This document shows positions 17,666 to 27,505 of a stretch of 64,000 nucleotides of DNA, one piece after another (position 1 is the stretch's first letter; each line of letters opens with the position of its first letter). The translations under genes and the position numbers were made by a program. A model generated the notes under the pieces. That model was given only the letters and a program-made list of their open reading frames with translations. It ran no database searches and was not told the origin of the DNA. Source of the stretch: an uncultured Alphaproteobacteria bacterium (GTDB lineage: Bacteria; Pseudomonadota; Alphaproteobacteria; CAAHEQ01; UBA3637); NCBI GenBank assembly GCA_944392125.1, contig CALXVP010000002.1, forward strand, positions 27,207 through 91,206. Reading direction: 5' to 3'.

Positions 17666-19222
17666 TTATTTCCCTGCCAACAAGGCGTCAATTAATTCTT
17701 GCACCGTCGGGATATTGCCGTCTTTATACATCGGATCCGTTCCGAACCGATAAGCTAAATGTCCGGCAAACATTAAATTATTATCAATGCTTTCTCCATG
17801 GGCAATGGCCGTTAATGTTTTCGTAATACAGAAAGAACGCGAATCGGGTAATCTGTCTAAATGTCCGTTCGCTTGCGACCAGCCCGAAAAGGCGCAAGCC
17901 GATAAACAGCCAACGCAATTCGTTCTATCGTGTTTGATTTGCTCATCTTCTTCTTTAGTTAAGAAGATAAGGGATTTATCAGGCGTGCGCACGGCAACGG
18001 GCCTTTCCCCTTTCAGGTATTCATTGGCTCGTTTAAAATCGTGCTCCGTTAAATAAACCGTGTGCGCCGCCGATACCACAAACGGCTTCACGAAAATACC
18101 TTCCGGTTTTTCCACATACGGCATTTCCGTATCTTTTCGATCAATCAACGTTTGCATAAATTTATTGCGCACGGCCGATGAATAAAAACCCGTCGGCGAA
18201 AATTGTTGCAAAACAACATCTTCCGGCTTTAATGCCCGCAAACACCCTTGCCAGGCTTTGGCAACCGGGCTTTCTTGCGTTAATAACGGACGCGTTCCCA
18301 ATTGGAAAGCAATCGGTCCGAGTTCGGGATTATCAATAAAATCTTCAAATTCTTTTAAATTCCAAACACCGCCCGCCATAATAATCGGCACGTTATCTAA
18401 TTTATATTCGCGCATTTGTTTGCGCAAAGCGACCAACCGCGGATAGGGATTTTCAGGTTTTGTCGGGTCTTCCGAGTTAGATAAGCCGTTGTGTCCGCCC
18501 GCCAACCAAGGATCTTCATACACAACACCGCCCAAATACTCGGGGCAGTTTTTATAACTGCGCAACCACAAGGCTCTGAATGCCCGTGCCGACGAAATAA
18601 TCGGATAATAAAACAACCCGTATTTAGAGGCAATTTCCGCTAATTTATACGGCATACCCGCTCCGCAGGTAATACCGTGCACCAATTTATGCACCTCGCC
18701 CAACATGCCGTCTACCACGGGAACGGCCTCACCCATTCGTTTTTGATATTGAAAACGAATTTTACCGAGCGTTTGTTGCACTTTTTCACCCACGGCTTCC
18801 AATTTTTCTTGATACTTCTCCGGTGCTTTTTGCTTTAAATTACCGACCAATGTTTCGCAGGAATTCATCACGCCTTCCAAAATCGGAATACTGCCACCCA
18901 TTTCCCATAAAACATTCATGTGAATCCGGCCGTTTCCGCCCGAAATTTCATGCGCGATTTTGGCTTGCGAAATACCGCCTTTAATTGACATTTCAATCAG
19001 TTCGTTATGGCGTTCCGCCCGTGTGCGACGCGTATAAACTTTCGGAACGATTTTGCCTTGTTCATCCACAATATCCGCAAACACACCCGAAATTGTACCC
19101 ACGGCTCCCGCTTTTGCCCAAGCGCCCGATGAATGACCGTCCGAAACGGCAATGCCTTTTCCACCTTCAACCAACGGGATAACTTCTTTACCGGAAATCA
19201 CAATCGGATTTAATTTTTTCAT
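17666..19222 (-). CDS. Nitronate monooxygenase / FabK-like FMN oxidoreductase family protein (long form)
   Basis: PLVEGGKGIAVS...AGAVGTISG, GAGMP and PIIMAGGVWN resemble TIM-barrel NMO family motifs. The start is set at ATG 19222, preceded by AAGAGG. Confidence 0.55.
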   Translation of the reverse strand: MKKLNPIVISGKEVIPLVEGGKGIAVSDGHSSGAWAKAGAVGTISGVFADIVDEQGKIVPKVYTRRTRAERHNELIEMSIKGGISQAKIAHEISGGNGRIHMNVLWEMGGSIPILEGVMNSCETLVGNLKQKAPEKYQEKLEAVGEKVQQTLGKIRFQYQKRMGEAVPVVDGMLGEVHKLVHGITCGAGMPYKLAEIASKYGLFYYPIISSARAFRALWLRSYKNCPEYLGGVVYEDPWLAGGHNGLSNSEDPTKPENPYPRLVALRKQMREYKLDNVPIIMAGGVWNLKEFEDFIDNPELGPIAFQLGTRPLLTQESPVAKAWQGCLRALKPEDVVLQQFSPTGFYSSAVRNKFMQTLIDRKDTEMPYVEKPEGIFVKPFVVSAAHTVYLTEHDFKRANEYLKGERPVAVRTPDKSLIFLTKEEDEQIKHDRTNCVGCLSACAFSGWSQANGHLDRLPDSRSFCITKTLTAIAHGESIDNNLMFAGHLAYRFGTDPMYKDGNIPTVQELIDALLAGK

Positions 19223-19404
19223 ACAAACCTCTTTCATCAAAGTTAAAATTATGAGGAGAGTCTAGCAATCTTTTTCAAAAAACGCAACGAAAAAACGATT
19301 TTTTGTGTATTTTGTTAAAAAAAACAAACAGAATGCTTGTAATTTTCGGAAAATCGGGCAATATTGAAAATAAAAGAGGGCAAAGAAAGCTGATAGGAGA
19401 AATA

Positions 19405-21396
19405 ATGTTTTACTTAACCGGGGATGAGATTTCAAAAAATAAGTTAATTAAAATTGCCCGCAAATGTCGCCTACCGTTATGGCCGAATGAAGAAGAACCA
19501 TTTCTGCGTCAAACGGATTACCGCACAATACCCGATTCCGTTTGCGTTTTAACGGAAGATTTTACCAACACTCGGTTACAAGCCTTATTTCAGATGAAAA
19601 TAACGGCATTGATTGATGCCAACGCTTCCCAAAAAAGTATTCTTGATTTTATTGAAAGACACAAAAACCGATCATTTAACAACGGTCTCGGATTTTTATT
19701 AACGGGTCCCGTTATTTACCAATTTGATATTGCCCAGGTATTTGCAACCGCGCTCAAAGAGCGATTCCATTTTTCGGATTTTCGGTTTGATTCCATTCAT
19801 CTGGCTTTGCACGAAGCACTGGTGAACGGATTGATTCACGGAAATTTACATCTTACCAGTAAAATGCGTCAATCGGCCGATTCTTATGTTTCCTATACGG
19901 AACTTTTACGCAAACGACTTAACTCGCCCGCTTTTGCACGCAAAGCCATTGATATTTCTGCCGAATGGTCCAGCACGAAAATGAAAATCGTGATTCGTGA
20001 TGAGGGCATGGGATATTCTTTATCCGAGATTTTAAAAAATCCGCCGTCGGTTGAATCCAAAACCGGGCGCGGGTTGCGCATTATTGCCAGTGCCGCCGAT
20101 TCATGCACGATTGATAATTACGGCCGAGAAATTGCATTATCCTTTTTAAAGGAAACAAAAACAAAACCCGATACCGTTTCGCCCGTTGCCGCGGTTGAGC
20201 ACCAAGTCGCTTCAACAAAAGAAAATCTTTCTTGTTGCAAAGTGCTGATTGTGGAAGATGATGAGAGTAATCAAGCATTGGTTGCCGGATTGTTGGCACA
20301 AATCGGGATTGTGCAAATTGAAGTTGCCAAAGACGGCGTGGAGGGTTTAAATAAAGTGCTTTCTTTTGAGCCCGACTTAATCATATTGGATATTACCATG
20401 CCGAAACTGGATGGATTTGAAGTGTTATGGCGTTTAAAATCGGTTGAAAGCACGCGCACCATTCCCGTTTTAATTCAAACGGCGTCCGATACGCGGGAAG
20501 CCCGCGATAAAACTTTTAAAGCCGGCGCTTCCGATTTTATTACCAAGCCCGTTAATCCGCTGGAATTTTTTGCCCGCGTGCGCATTCATCTGGAAAACAG
20601 ACTGCTCGTGAAACGCTTGCAAAAGCGTTTAAAACAAATTCAAACGGAATTGGCAACGGCGCAAAACATGCAAATCAGTTTACTGCCCTGCCCGACAACC
20701 ATTCAAGATATTCGCAATCGCTATCGGCTTAACATTGTTTCGCACTTTGAGCCTTCCGATAAACTCGGGGGCGATTTTTGGCAAACCATTCCGCTTTCAA
20801 ACAATCGTATCGGTATTTATCTATGCGATTTTTCGGGGCACGGATTGGCGACGGCTTTAAATACGTTTCGTTTGCATACACTGATTTTCCAAATGCGCAT
20901 GATTATTCAAAAACCGTCGGACTTTTTAGACGAATTGAATCGTCAACTGTGTGCCTTGTTGCAACGCGGACAATTTGCCACCTTTTTCTTCGGCATTTTT
21001 GATGCCGAGCAACAAACGCTGACATACGCCGGTGCCGGCAGTCCACCCCCGTTCGGGTGGAACGGAAAACGCGTTGTATCGCTTTCCACAAAAGGATTAC
21101 CGCTCGGTATTTCGGAAAAAGCCACGTATAAAAATCATACCTGCACGTTCAAGCCGGGCTATCGCCTGTTTTTATACAGCGATGCTCTGACGGAAAACCC
21201 GAACGCCAAAGGCGAACGGCTCGGCAAAAAGGGGCTGTTACCGCTTGCCAAAAAAGCATTTAAAACACCTGATTTAAAAGAGGGCATGCAAGAATTAACC
21301 GATCGCTTTTTTGCCTTTGCGCCACCGCCACTGCAAGATGATATTACCATTGTGTTTATTGAGGGTCTTTCATTAGAGGGGAGCAAAACCGCATGA
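19405..21396 (+). CDS. Multidomain signalling protein: unknown N-terminal domain, RsbW-like HATPase, receiver domain, PP2C (SpoIIE) phosphatase
   Basis: HEALVNGLIHGN...IRDEGMGY...GRGLRII (anti-sigma-type Ser kinase fold); KVLIVEDDESN...DLIILDITMPKLDG...KP (REC); GGDFW...DFSGHGLATA...LYSDAL...DDITIV (PP2C). The start is set at ATG 19405, preceded by GGAG. Confidence 0.7.
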   Translation: MFYLTGDEISKNKLIKIARKCRLPLWPNEEEPFLRQTDYRTIPDSVCVLTEDFTNTRLQALFQMKITALIDANASQKSILDFIERHKNRSFNNGLGFLLTGPVIYQFDIAQVFATALKERFHFSDFRFDSIHLALHEALVNGLIHGNLHLTSKMRQSADSYVSYTELLRKRLNSPAFARKAIDISAEWSSTKMKIVIRDEGMGYSLSEILKNPPSVESKTGRGLRIIASAADSCTIDNYGREIALSFLKETKTKPDTVSPVAAVEHQVASTKENLSCCKVLIVEDDESNQALVAGLLAQIGIVQIEVAKDGVEGLNKVLSFEPDLIILDITMPKLDGFEVLWRLKSVESTRTIPVLIQTASDTREARDKTFKAGASDFITKPVNPLEFFARVRIHLENRLLVKRLQKRLKQIQTELATAQNMQISLLPCPTTIQDIRNRYRLNIVSHFEPSDKLGGDFWQTIPLSNNRIGIYLCDFSGHGLATALNTFRLHTLIFQMRMIIQKPSDFLDELNRQLCALLQRGQFATFFFGIFDAEQQTLTYAGAGSPPPFGWNGKRVVSLSTKGLPLGISEKATYKNHTCTFKPGYRLFLYSDALTENPNAKGERLGKKGLLPLAKKAFKTPDLKEGMQELTDRFFAFAPPPLQDDITIVFIEGLSLEGSKTA

Positions 21397-22088
21397 TTCG
21401 CTTATTCACACCGCATTGCTTAACGGCCGACACGCTCATTTCCCCCGATGAAAAGCAAATCCATTATTTGAAACACGTGATGCGTCTGCAAGAAGGGGCG
21501 TGCGTGGCTTTGTTTAACGGCAAAGACGGCACATGGAGTGCCCGTTATCACACCGTCGGGAAAAAAGGAGCGCAACTGATCGTTACTGAACAAATAGCCG
21601 ATCAACAAAGCCGAGAGAGATGTATTCTATGTCCGGCGCTGATTAAAAAAGAAAATATGGATTTGGTGCTTCAAAAGGCAACGGAGTTGGGCGTTACGGA
21701 AATTCGCCCCGTTATTACGACACGCACGGTCGTGCGTCAACTAAACACGGCGCGCGGAGAAGCCATTATCACCGAGGCTTGCGAACAATGCGAACGCAAC
21801 GATATACCTTTGCTTTATCCGCCTCAAACACTCCCTGCCTTGCTATCGGCCCTCACACCGGATATAACGGTTATTCATCTGGCGGAAAGAGAATCTTCCT
21901 CGGCCAAACTGTCGCCCGATATGATTCCGGCGTTTATTGTCGGACCCGAAGGCGGGTTTACGCCGGAAGAAAATGCTTTGATACAAGCGCACCCTACAAC
22001 GCGCGTTATTCATTTAGGCACAACCGTCTTGCGCGCCGAAACAGCCTCACTGGCCGTATTATCGGCATGGCAATTTCGCTTGTTTTAA
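21393..22088 (+). CDS. rsmE: 16S rRNA (uracil1498-N3)-methyltransferase RsmE
   Basis: HYLKHVMRLQEG...K.ENMDLVLQKATELGV..I.P and IVGPEGGFTPEE...LG..VLRAETA. It overlaps the previous gene by 4 nt (ATGA). Confidence 0.85.
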   Translation: MIRLFTPHCLTADTLISPDEKQIHYLKHVMRLQEGACVALFNGKDGTWSARYHTVGKKGAQLIVTEQIADQQSRERCILCPALIKKENMDLVLQKATELGVTEIRPVITTRTVVRQLNTARGEAIITEACEQCERNDIPLLYPPQTLPALLSALTPDITVIHLAERESSSAKLSPDMIPAFIVGPEGGFTPEENALIQAHPTTRVIHLGTTVLRAETASLAVLSAWQFRLF

Positions 22089-22205
22089 CGCAATTTCCGA
22101 ATATAAAAAAATTCAATTTATGCAATTTTTTTGCAAATTTTGTTTGCAATTCGGCTTTTTTTTCCGTAAAATGAAAGCACTTTATGGATGAATGAAAGGA
22201 AAAAA

Positions 22206-24011
22206 ATGCAATTACGTTCTTTTTTGCTGACAGCCGTTTGTTGCCTATGGGCAATCAATACCAACGCTCAAACGGCGCAAATTTTGCCCTCGGATTTTAA
22301 TGCACAAAACGTATTGGCGGAAGCGCTCGGAAAAGGAAGTATTCTTGTTTGCAAAGCGGGGCAATGCGTTCAAACAAATCATAACATGAGCCGTGAATAT
22401 CTGTTCAATCAGCTTAAAGAATTGGTGGATGCCAATATCGGGCAAGATATTGAAATTTGCGAAGGGGATTCGGCCCGTCGGCAATGTATTCAAAACGGAA
22501 TTTCTTTATTGGTTGCTTCTCCTGCCATTCAAACGATTGTGCAAATACCGAAAGCGCGGTTAATTGATGCGCGCCCCGTTGAAGATACGCCGGGAATTGA
22601 TTTAATTATTGATTACAAGATGAAAGCGGGCGGAACGTTTCCGCATTGCCAAACAACCTTATCTCGGCTCGGCACAAGGCATGCCGGTTCATCGGAGTTA
22701 ATGTCGCCACACTTTAATTGTGCATTAACCGAAACGGGAAAAACATTATTCAGTCTTGCTTATCACATTGACTACATTGATTTTGACCAAGGCATTATCG
22801 GCGCACAATACACGATTGCCGCCGATAACGTATTAACGGGAGCCAATGCGGGCTATATCTTAATGGATTTTGCCAAAGGCGTTAAAATGGAACCGGGTGA
22901 AACGTATCCGTATCCCGAACAGCTGGCCGCTTTGGAAAGCGGTGAAGTGGCAACGTTTGATACCCCGATGGATATGGAAGCCGTCTGGTTAAAACCAACC
23001 CCGTTCTTAAATTTATTAACGCCGACTTTTGCCCCGAATGATTGCTATACGTTTGAGGGCGGTTGTTCGGCGCAAATGTTAAACAATCCGGCAAGAGCCG
23101 TGCAACCGACAAATACATCTGCCGGTGTCCGTTCGGGCAATCGCAATGTTCCGCCGGCGCAGGCAAAGTTAGATGCACTCACACCGCCGAACGTGGCCTC
23201 CACAACCGGTTTAATTCAACAGACGATGACGGTTACACCCGTTTCGCCTGCCGAACGTCAAACAATTACCACGAAAACAAAGGTCGCCGAAAACGGGAAA
23301 ATTATTTACAGCGAAGAAGCCACACGGCATTATGTGCGCGAAACGGCAAACGGTCCGCTGGTGGAAGATAAATCCAAAGCCGTTGTGCAATCAAGCGGTC
23401 AAATGCCGAATGAAGAAACGGTTAAAAATGCCGAAAAAGAATATGCGGCCATGAAGCAATTTGAAGCGCAAACGCAACAAGCAACAACCTCCGATAAGAC
23501 GGCTATTGCCAAGTCGACACAAACGGCTACCGCAGGAGTGAACACCGCACGCACGGCCACATCCGCCGATGCAATACAACCAACATCACCGCGCCCGCTC
23601 GGGCAACCGATTACCCAAACAAATGTGGAAGTTATCGTGCCGAACGGCGTGGTGTTAACGGAAGCGGAACGGGCATATATTGAACAACTGGCGACATCTG
23701 CGGAAGGACAATCCATTCAACTGCCAACCGGCAATACTGCGCAACAAAACGTGATGCCTGGGAACGGGCAAGCACCCGTTATGGCACAACCGCAAAATGC
23801 GTTGCCCCAAAATGCGCAAATGCAACCCATACCCGCACAAGGCGCAATGCAACCGATGGGACAACCGATGATACCCGTTATCGGCCCGAACGGCTCTGCC
23901 GTTGCCGGTCAGCCGATTACGATAACGCCTGATGCGACTCCCGTTAAAGAAGAACAAACGTCTTGGTGGGATAACATTACGAATCATGTTAATAAATGGC
24001 TTTACTTTTAA
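22206..24011 (+). CDS. Secreted protein with a Q/P/A/T-rich C-terminal half, hypothetical
   Basis: Signal peptide MQLRSFLLTAVCCLWAINTNAQT, a Cys-containing globular N-terminal half, then low-complexity sequence (QPQNALPQNAQMQPIPAQGAMQPMGQP). Confidence 0.6.
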   Translation: MQLRSFLLTAVCCLWAINTNAQTAQILPSDFNAQNVLAEALGKGSILVCKAGQCVQTNHNMSREYLFNQLKELVDANIGQDIEICEGDSARRQCIQNGISLLVASPAIQTIVQIPKARLIDARPVEDTPGIDLIIDYKMKAGGTFPHCQTTLSRLGTRHAGSSELMSPHFNCALTETGKTLFSLAYHIDYIDFDQGIIGAQYTIAADNVLTGANAGYILMDFAKGVKMEPGETYPYPEQLAALESGEVATFDTPMDMEAVWLKPTPFLNLLTPTFAPNDCYTFEGGCSAQMLNNPARAVQPTNTSAGVRSGNRNVPPAQAKLDALTPPNVASTTGLIQQTMTVTPVSPAERQTITTKTKVAENGKIIYSEEATRHYVRETANGPLVEDKSKAVVQSSGQMPNEETVKNAEKEYAAMKQFEAQTQQATTSDKTAIAKSTQTATAGVNTARTATSADAIQPTSPRPLGQPITQTNVEVIVPNGVVLTEAERAYIEQLATSAEGQSIQLPTGNTAQQNVMPGNGQAPVMAQPQNALPQNAQMQPIPAQGAMQPMGQPMIPVIGPNGSAVAGQPITITPDATPVKEEQTSWWDNITNHVNKWLYF

Positions 24012-24023
24012 GGACGCAACTCA

Positions 24024-25349
24024 ATGATTAACACTACCACCTTATCCAACGGTGTTCGGGTGATTGTCGAATCGGTTGCAAACGCTGGCAAAACATCTTT
24101 GGAATGTTCTTTCGGGGTCGGTTCGCAAAATGAACCGCGCGAATTAAACGGATTGGCTCACCTGACCGAACACGCTTTTTTTCTCGGCACGAAAAATCGC
24201 TCACAAAAAGAAATCCGCAACATTGAAAACCAGCTGGGCATTACGCTTAATGCTGAAACAACGCAAGAAAGCACGCGCTTTATTGCCGATGTTTTACCCG
24301 AGGATTTATCAACCGTGTTGACTGTTTTTGCCGATATGATTCAAAATCCCGCTTTTCCGAAAGATTCATTACAAAAGGAAAAGAAAATCATTTTAACGGA
24401 AATTAAAGAAGTGCAGGAAGATGATGAAAACACGGCCGATAATTTGCTCTATAATGCTTCATTTAAAAGAAATCCGCTCGGATTACCCACGGAAGGAAGC
24501 GTCAAAACAATTAAAGACATTACCGAGCAAGACGTGCAAGATTTTTATCAGCGCTTCTTTTGCCCCGAGGATTTAATTATCAGTGTGGCGGGCGAAGTAG
24601 ATTTTGAACCGTTTGCCAAGCAATGCGAACGCTTATTCGGACAATTTGAGAAAGGAACTGCACAACCTATTGTTTCTCCCTCTCCGTATTTGGGCGGTGA
24701 TCGGCGCATTGAATTGGCCGGAGAAACCGATTTATTCCGTATGGGCTTTCAAAGTGTGCCGTTAAAAGACGTGCGCTCATTTGCCGTTGCCGAAATTTGC
24801 TCCGATATACTGGAAGAAAATCTTTTTGAAGAAATCCGCGAGAATAAAGGGCTGTTATATGCCATTCATGCCGATAATTGGTTTCACGGGCAAAACTCCG
24901 TTTTATGTGTTTCCGCTTCATGCGAATCACAAAAAACACAAACGGTATTGCACGAAGTATGCACCGTTTTAAATCACTTTGAGCAAAAAATCACGCCCGA
25001 GCAAGTTGAAATTGCCAAAAAGCGCATTAAATTAGATTTTGTGGCCAATAAAGAAACACTGGCGGACAAAGCCGAATCAAATTGTTTTGATTTACGGTAT
25101 TTCGGGAAAATCGTATCGGCCAAAGAATTTTATCATGTATTGGAAACCGTAACGGCTCAAGAAGTTGTCCAAACCATGCAACAAATGCTTTCATCACGGC
25201 TTTCTTTTGCCGGTATCGGCTATACGCGCAAAATGCCCTCTTATGATCAACTCAATCAATGGTTGCGGGGGAAAGAAGCACAAACAAGAGTAAAACAACA
25301 GTCTGCTTTTCCCGTTTGTCAATTCAAAAAAGTAAATGTAAAAGAATAG
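24024..25349 (+). CDS. M16-family zinc peptidase (pitrilysin-like), subunit 1
   Basis: HxxEH motif in GLAHLTEHAFFLGT; two-domain M16 length. Confidence 0.8.
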   Translation: MINTTTLSNGVRVIVESVANAGKTSLECSFGVGSQNEPRELNGLAHLTEHAFFLGTKNRSQKEIRNIENQLGITLNAETTQESTRFIADVLPEDLSTVLTVFADMIQNPAFPKDSLQKEKKIILTEIKEVQEDDENTADNLLYNASFKRNPLGLPTEGSVKTIKDITEQDVQDFYQRFFCPEDLIISVAGEVDFEPFAKQCERLFGQFEKGTAQPIVSPSPYLGGDRRIELAGETDLFRMGFQSVPLKDVRSFAVAEICSDILEENLFEEIRENKGLLYAIHADNWFHGQNSVLCVSASCESQKTQTVLHEVCTVLNHFEQKITPEQVEIAKKRIKLDFVANKETLADKAESNCFDLRYFGKIVSAKEFYHVLETVTAQEVVQTMQQMLSSRLSFAGIGYTRKMPSYDQLNQWLRGKEAQTRVKQQSAFPVCQFKKVNVKE

Positions 25350-25368
25350 GTGAAGGAAGGAGAGAACG

Positions 25369-26622
25369 ATGCTTCGTCAATCAACATTATCCAATGGTAT
25401 TCGGGTTATTACGGATTCATCCGATACGGCGGAAAGCGTCTCGCTCGGAATTTGGGTTTCCGTCGGCGCCCGATATGAAACAGCCGAAAACAACGGCATT
25501 TCGCATTGTTTGGAACACATGGCTTTTAAAGGCACGACAACACGTTCGGCTTTTCAAATTTCAAAAGAAATAGAAGATGTGGGCGGTATAATCAATGCTT
25601 ACACGGGGAAAAACGTAACGGCTTACTATCTGCGTGTATTAAAAGAGCATCAAGCACTCGGCTTGGATATTATTACCGATATTGTTCAAAATTCCGTAAT
25701 GGATAAAAATGAATTAGCCAAAGAACAAGGGGTAATTATTCAAGAAATCAATATGCAAAATGATACACCCGATGATTTAGTCTTTGATTATTTCAGCGAA
25801 ACGGCTTATCCCAATCAACCGCTCGGACGCGCTATTTTGGGCACGGTGGATACCGTGCGTCAAATCACGGGTGAGAAATTGCTGGACTATATGCACACGC
25901 AATACACAACGAATCGGTTAATCGTCAGCGCGTCGGGAGCCGTTAATCATGACGATTTTGTATCTGCCTGCGAAAAGAAGCTCACTAAAATCAGCACGCA
26001 TACCATGCCCGATGCCGAACCTGCCCACTATCAAGGGGGCGAAAAACGCGTAATTAAACCCCACGAACAAGTCAATTTGGTATTAGGATTTGAAAGTTTT
26101 TCGTATGAACACCCCGATCATGATACCGCGAATTTGCTGGCGGCTATTTTGGGCGGAGGTATGTCATCACGGTTATTCCAGGAAATTCGCGAAAAACGCG
26201 GGTTAGTTTATTCCATTTATGCGTATGATTCGGCCGAAACGGATACGGGCACTTTCGGTATCTATGCCGGCACGGGTGAAAAAGAAGTGTCGGAGTTGAT
26301 GCCCGTGTTGTGTGATGAATTAGTCAAATTGCCCGATACAATCACGGAAGAAGAAATCAACCGCGCCAAAGCGCGCGTGCGTTCCGCTCTTTTAATGCGT
26401 GCCGAAAATATTTCTTCTCATGCCGAATCCAATGCGTTGGATTTAATCGTGCATCATCGGATTCGCTCCAAAGAGGAACGGATAGAACGCGTGAACCAAA
26501 TTACAAAAGAAGATTTAGCGCGCGTGGCCAAAACCATTCTTGCCGGAAAGCCCACGCTTTCCGCCTTGGGGCCGATTCAACACGTTATGCCTTATGAGGA
26601 AGTCATCAATCGGTTAAAATAA
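25369..26622 (+). CDS. M16-family zinc peptidase (mitochondrial-processing-peptidase-like), subunit 2
   Basis: GISHCLEHMAFKGT (HxxEH), then ...NAYT...T.YY. Adjacent to its paralogue. Confidence 0.85.
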   Translation: MLRQSTLSNGIRVITDSSDTAESVSLGIWVSVGARYETAENNGISHCLEHMAFKGTTTRSAFQISKEIEDVGGIINAYTGKNVTAYYLRVLKEHQALGLDIITDIVQNSVMDKNELAKEQGVIIQEINMQNDTPDDLVFDYFSETAYPNQPLGRAILGTVDTVRQITGEKLLDYMHTQYTTNRLIVSASGAVNHDDFVSACEKKLTKISTHTMPDAEPAHYQGGEKRVIKPHEQVNLVLGFESFSYEHPDHDTANLLAAILGGGMSSRLFQEIREKRGLVYSIYAYDSAETDTGTFGIYAGTGEKEVSELMPVLCDELVKLPDTITEEEINRAKARVRSALLMRAENISSHAESNALDLIVHHRIRSKEERIERVNQITKEDLARVAKTILAGKPTLSALGPIQHVMPYEEVINRLK

Positions 26623-26662
26623 CGGATTGATTGAGAGTTATCATTCGCCAAAGGATAAGAAA

Positions 26663-27307
26663 ATGCCTGACTTTCAAATAGAAAAAAGTCTGAATATACA
26701 AGGGCCGATTTTCGGGTTGGATGAAGCCGGCCGAGGCCCTTGGTGCGGACCTGTTGTGGCGGCGTGCGCCTACTGGCCGGATTATCAAATTCCCATGTAT
26801 TTGGCGGAACAAATTGACGATTCCAAAAAGTTAACGCCTAAAAAACGGGAAAAATTGTATGGCGAAATTTTAAAAACATCTTGCGTTTACGGTATCGGTT
26901 TTGCTTCGGCCGATGAAATTGATGAATTGAATATTTTAAATGCTACTTTTTTAGCCATGCAGCGCGCGTTGGAACAAGCATATAAAAATACAACTCTGCA
27001 ACCCGCGTATGCCCTGATTGACGGGAATCGCACGCCGAAAAATTGGTCAATCCCGACGCAATCCGTGATAAAAGGCGATCACCTTTCGCTTTCCATTGCT
27101 ACCGCCTCCATTTTGGCAAAAGTAACGCGGGATAACTTTATGAAAGAATTATCCGCCCATTTTCCGCAATACGGATGGGATAAGAATATGGGATACGGCA
27201 CGCAGGAACATATTGAAGCAATCCGCCGGTATGGTATCACACCGTATCATCGTCGCTCTTATGCCCCCATACAAGCCTATCTGGCTTTGCATCCGAGCGA
27301 TAAATAA
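26663..27307 (+). CDS. rnhB: Ribonuclease HII
   Basis: GLDEAGRGPWCGPVVAA, DDSKKLTPKKRE and GDHLSLSIATASILAKVTRD. The start is set at ATG 26663, preceded by AAGGA. Confidence 0.9.
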   Translation: MPDFQIEKSLNIQGPIFGLDEAGRGPWCGPVVAACAYWPDYQIPMYLAEQIDDSKKLTPKKREKLYGEILKTSCVYGIGFASADEIDELNILNATFLAMQRALEQAYKNTTLQPAYALIDGNRTPKNWSIPTQSVIKGDHLSLSIATASILAKVTRDNFMKELSAHFPQYGWDKNMGYGTQEHIEAIRRYGITPYHRRSYAPIQAYLALHPSDK

Positions 27308-27505
27308 CATTACATATACTGCCAAAAAATATAGAAATGGCTCCGCAGTGTCTGCAACGCGTTATCCGCCGTTTATTTATTCATAACTGATAAACCGAGC
27401 ACCAAACCGCATACCTTGATTGCCGTCAAAGAAAACGGCTATGAAAAAAAATAACCCCACTGTCAGATATTGTTTTAATCATCAAAATGTGGCTATCGGT
27501 TTTGC

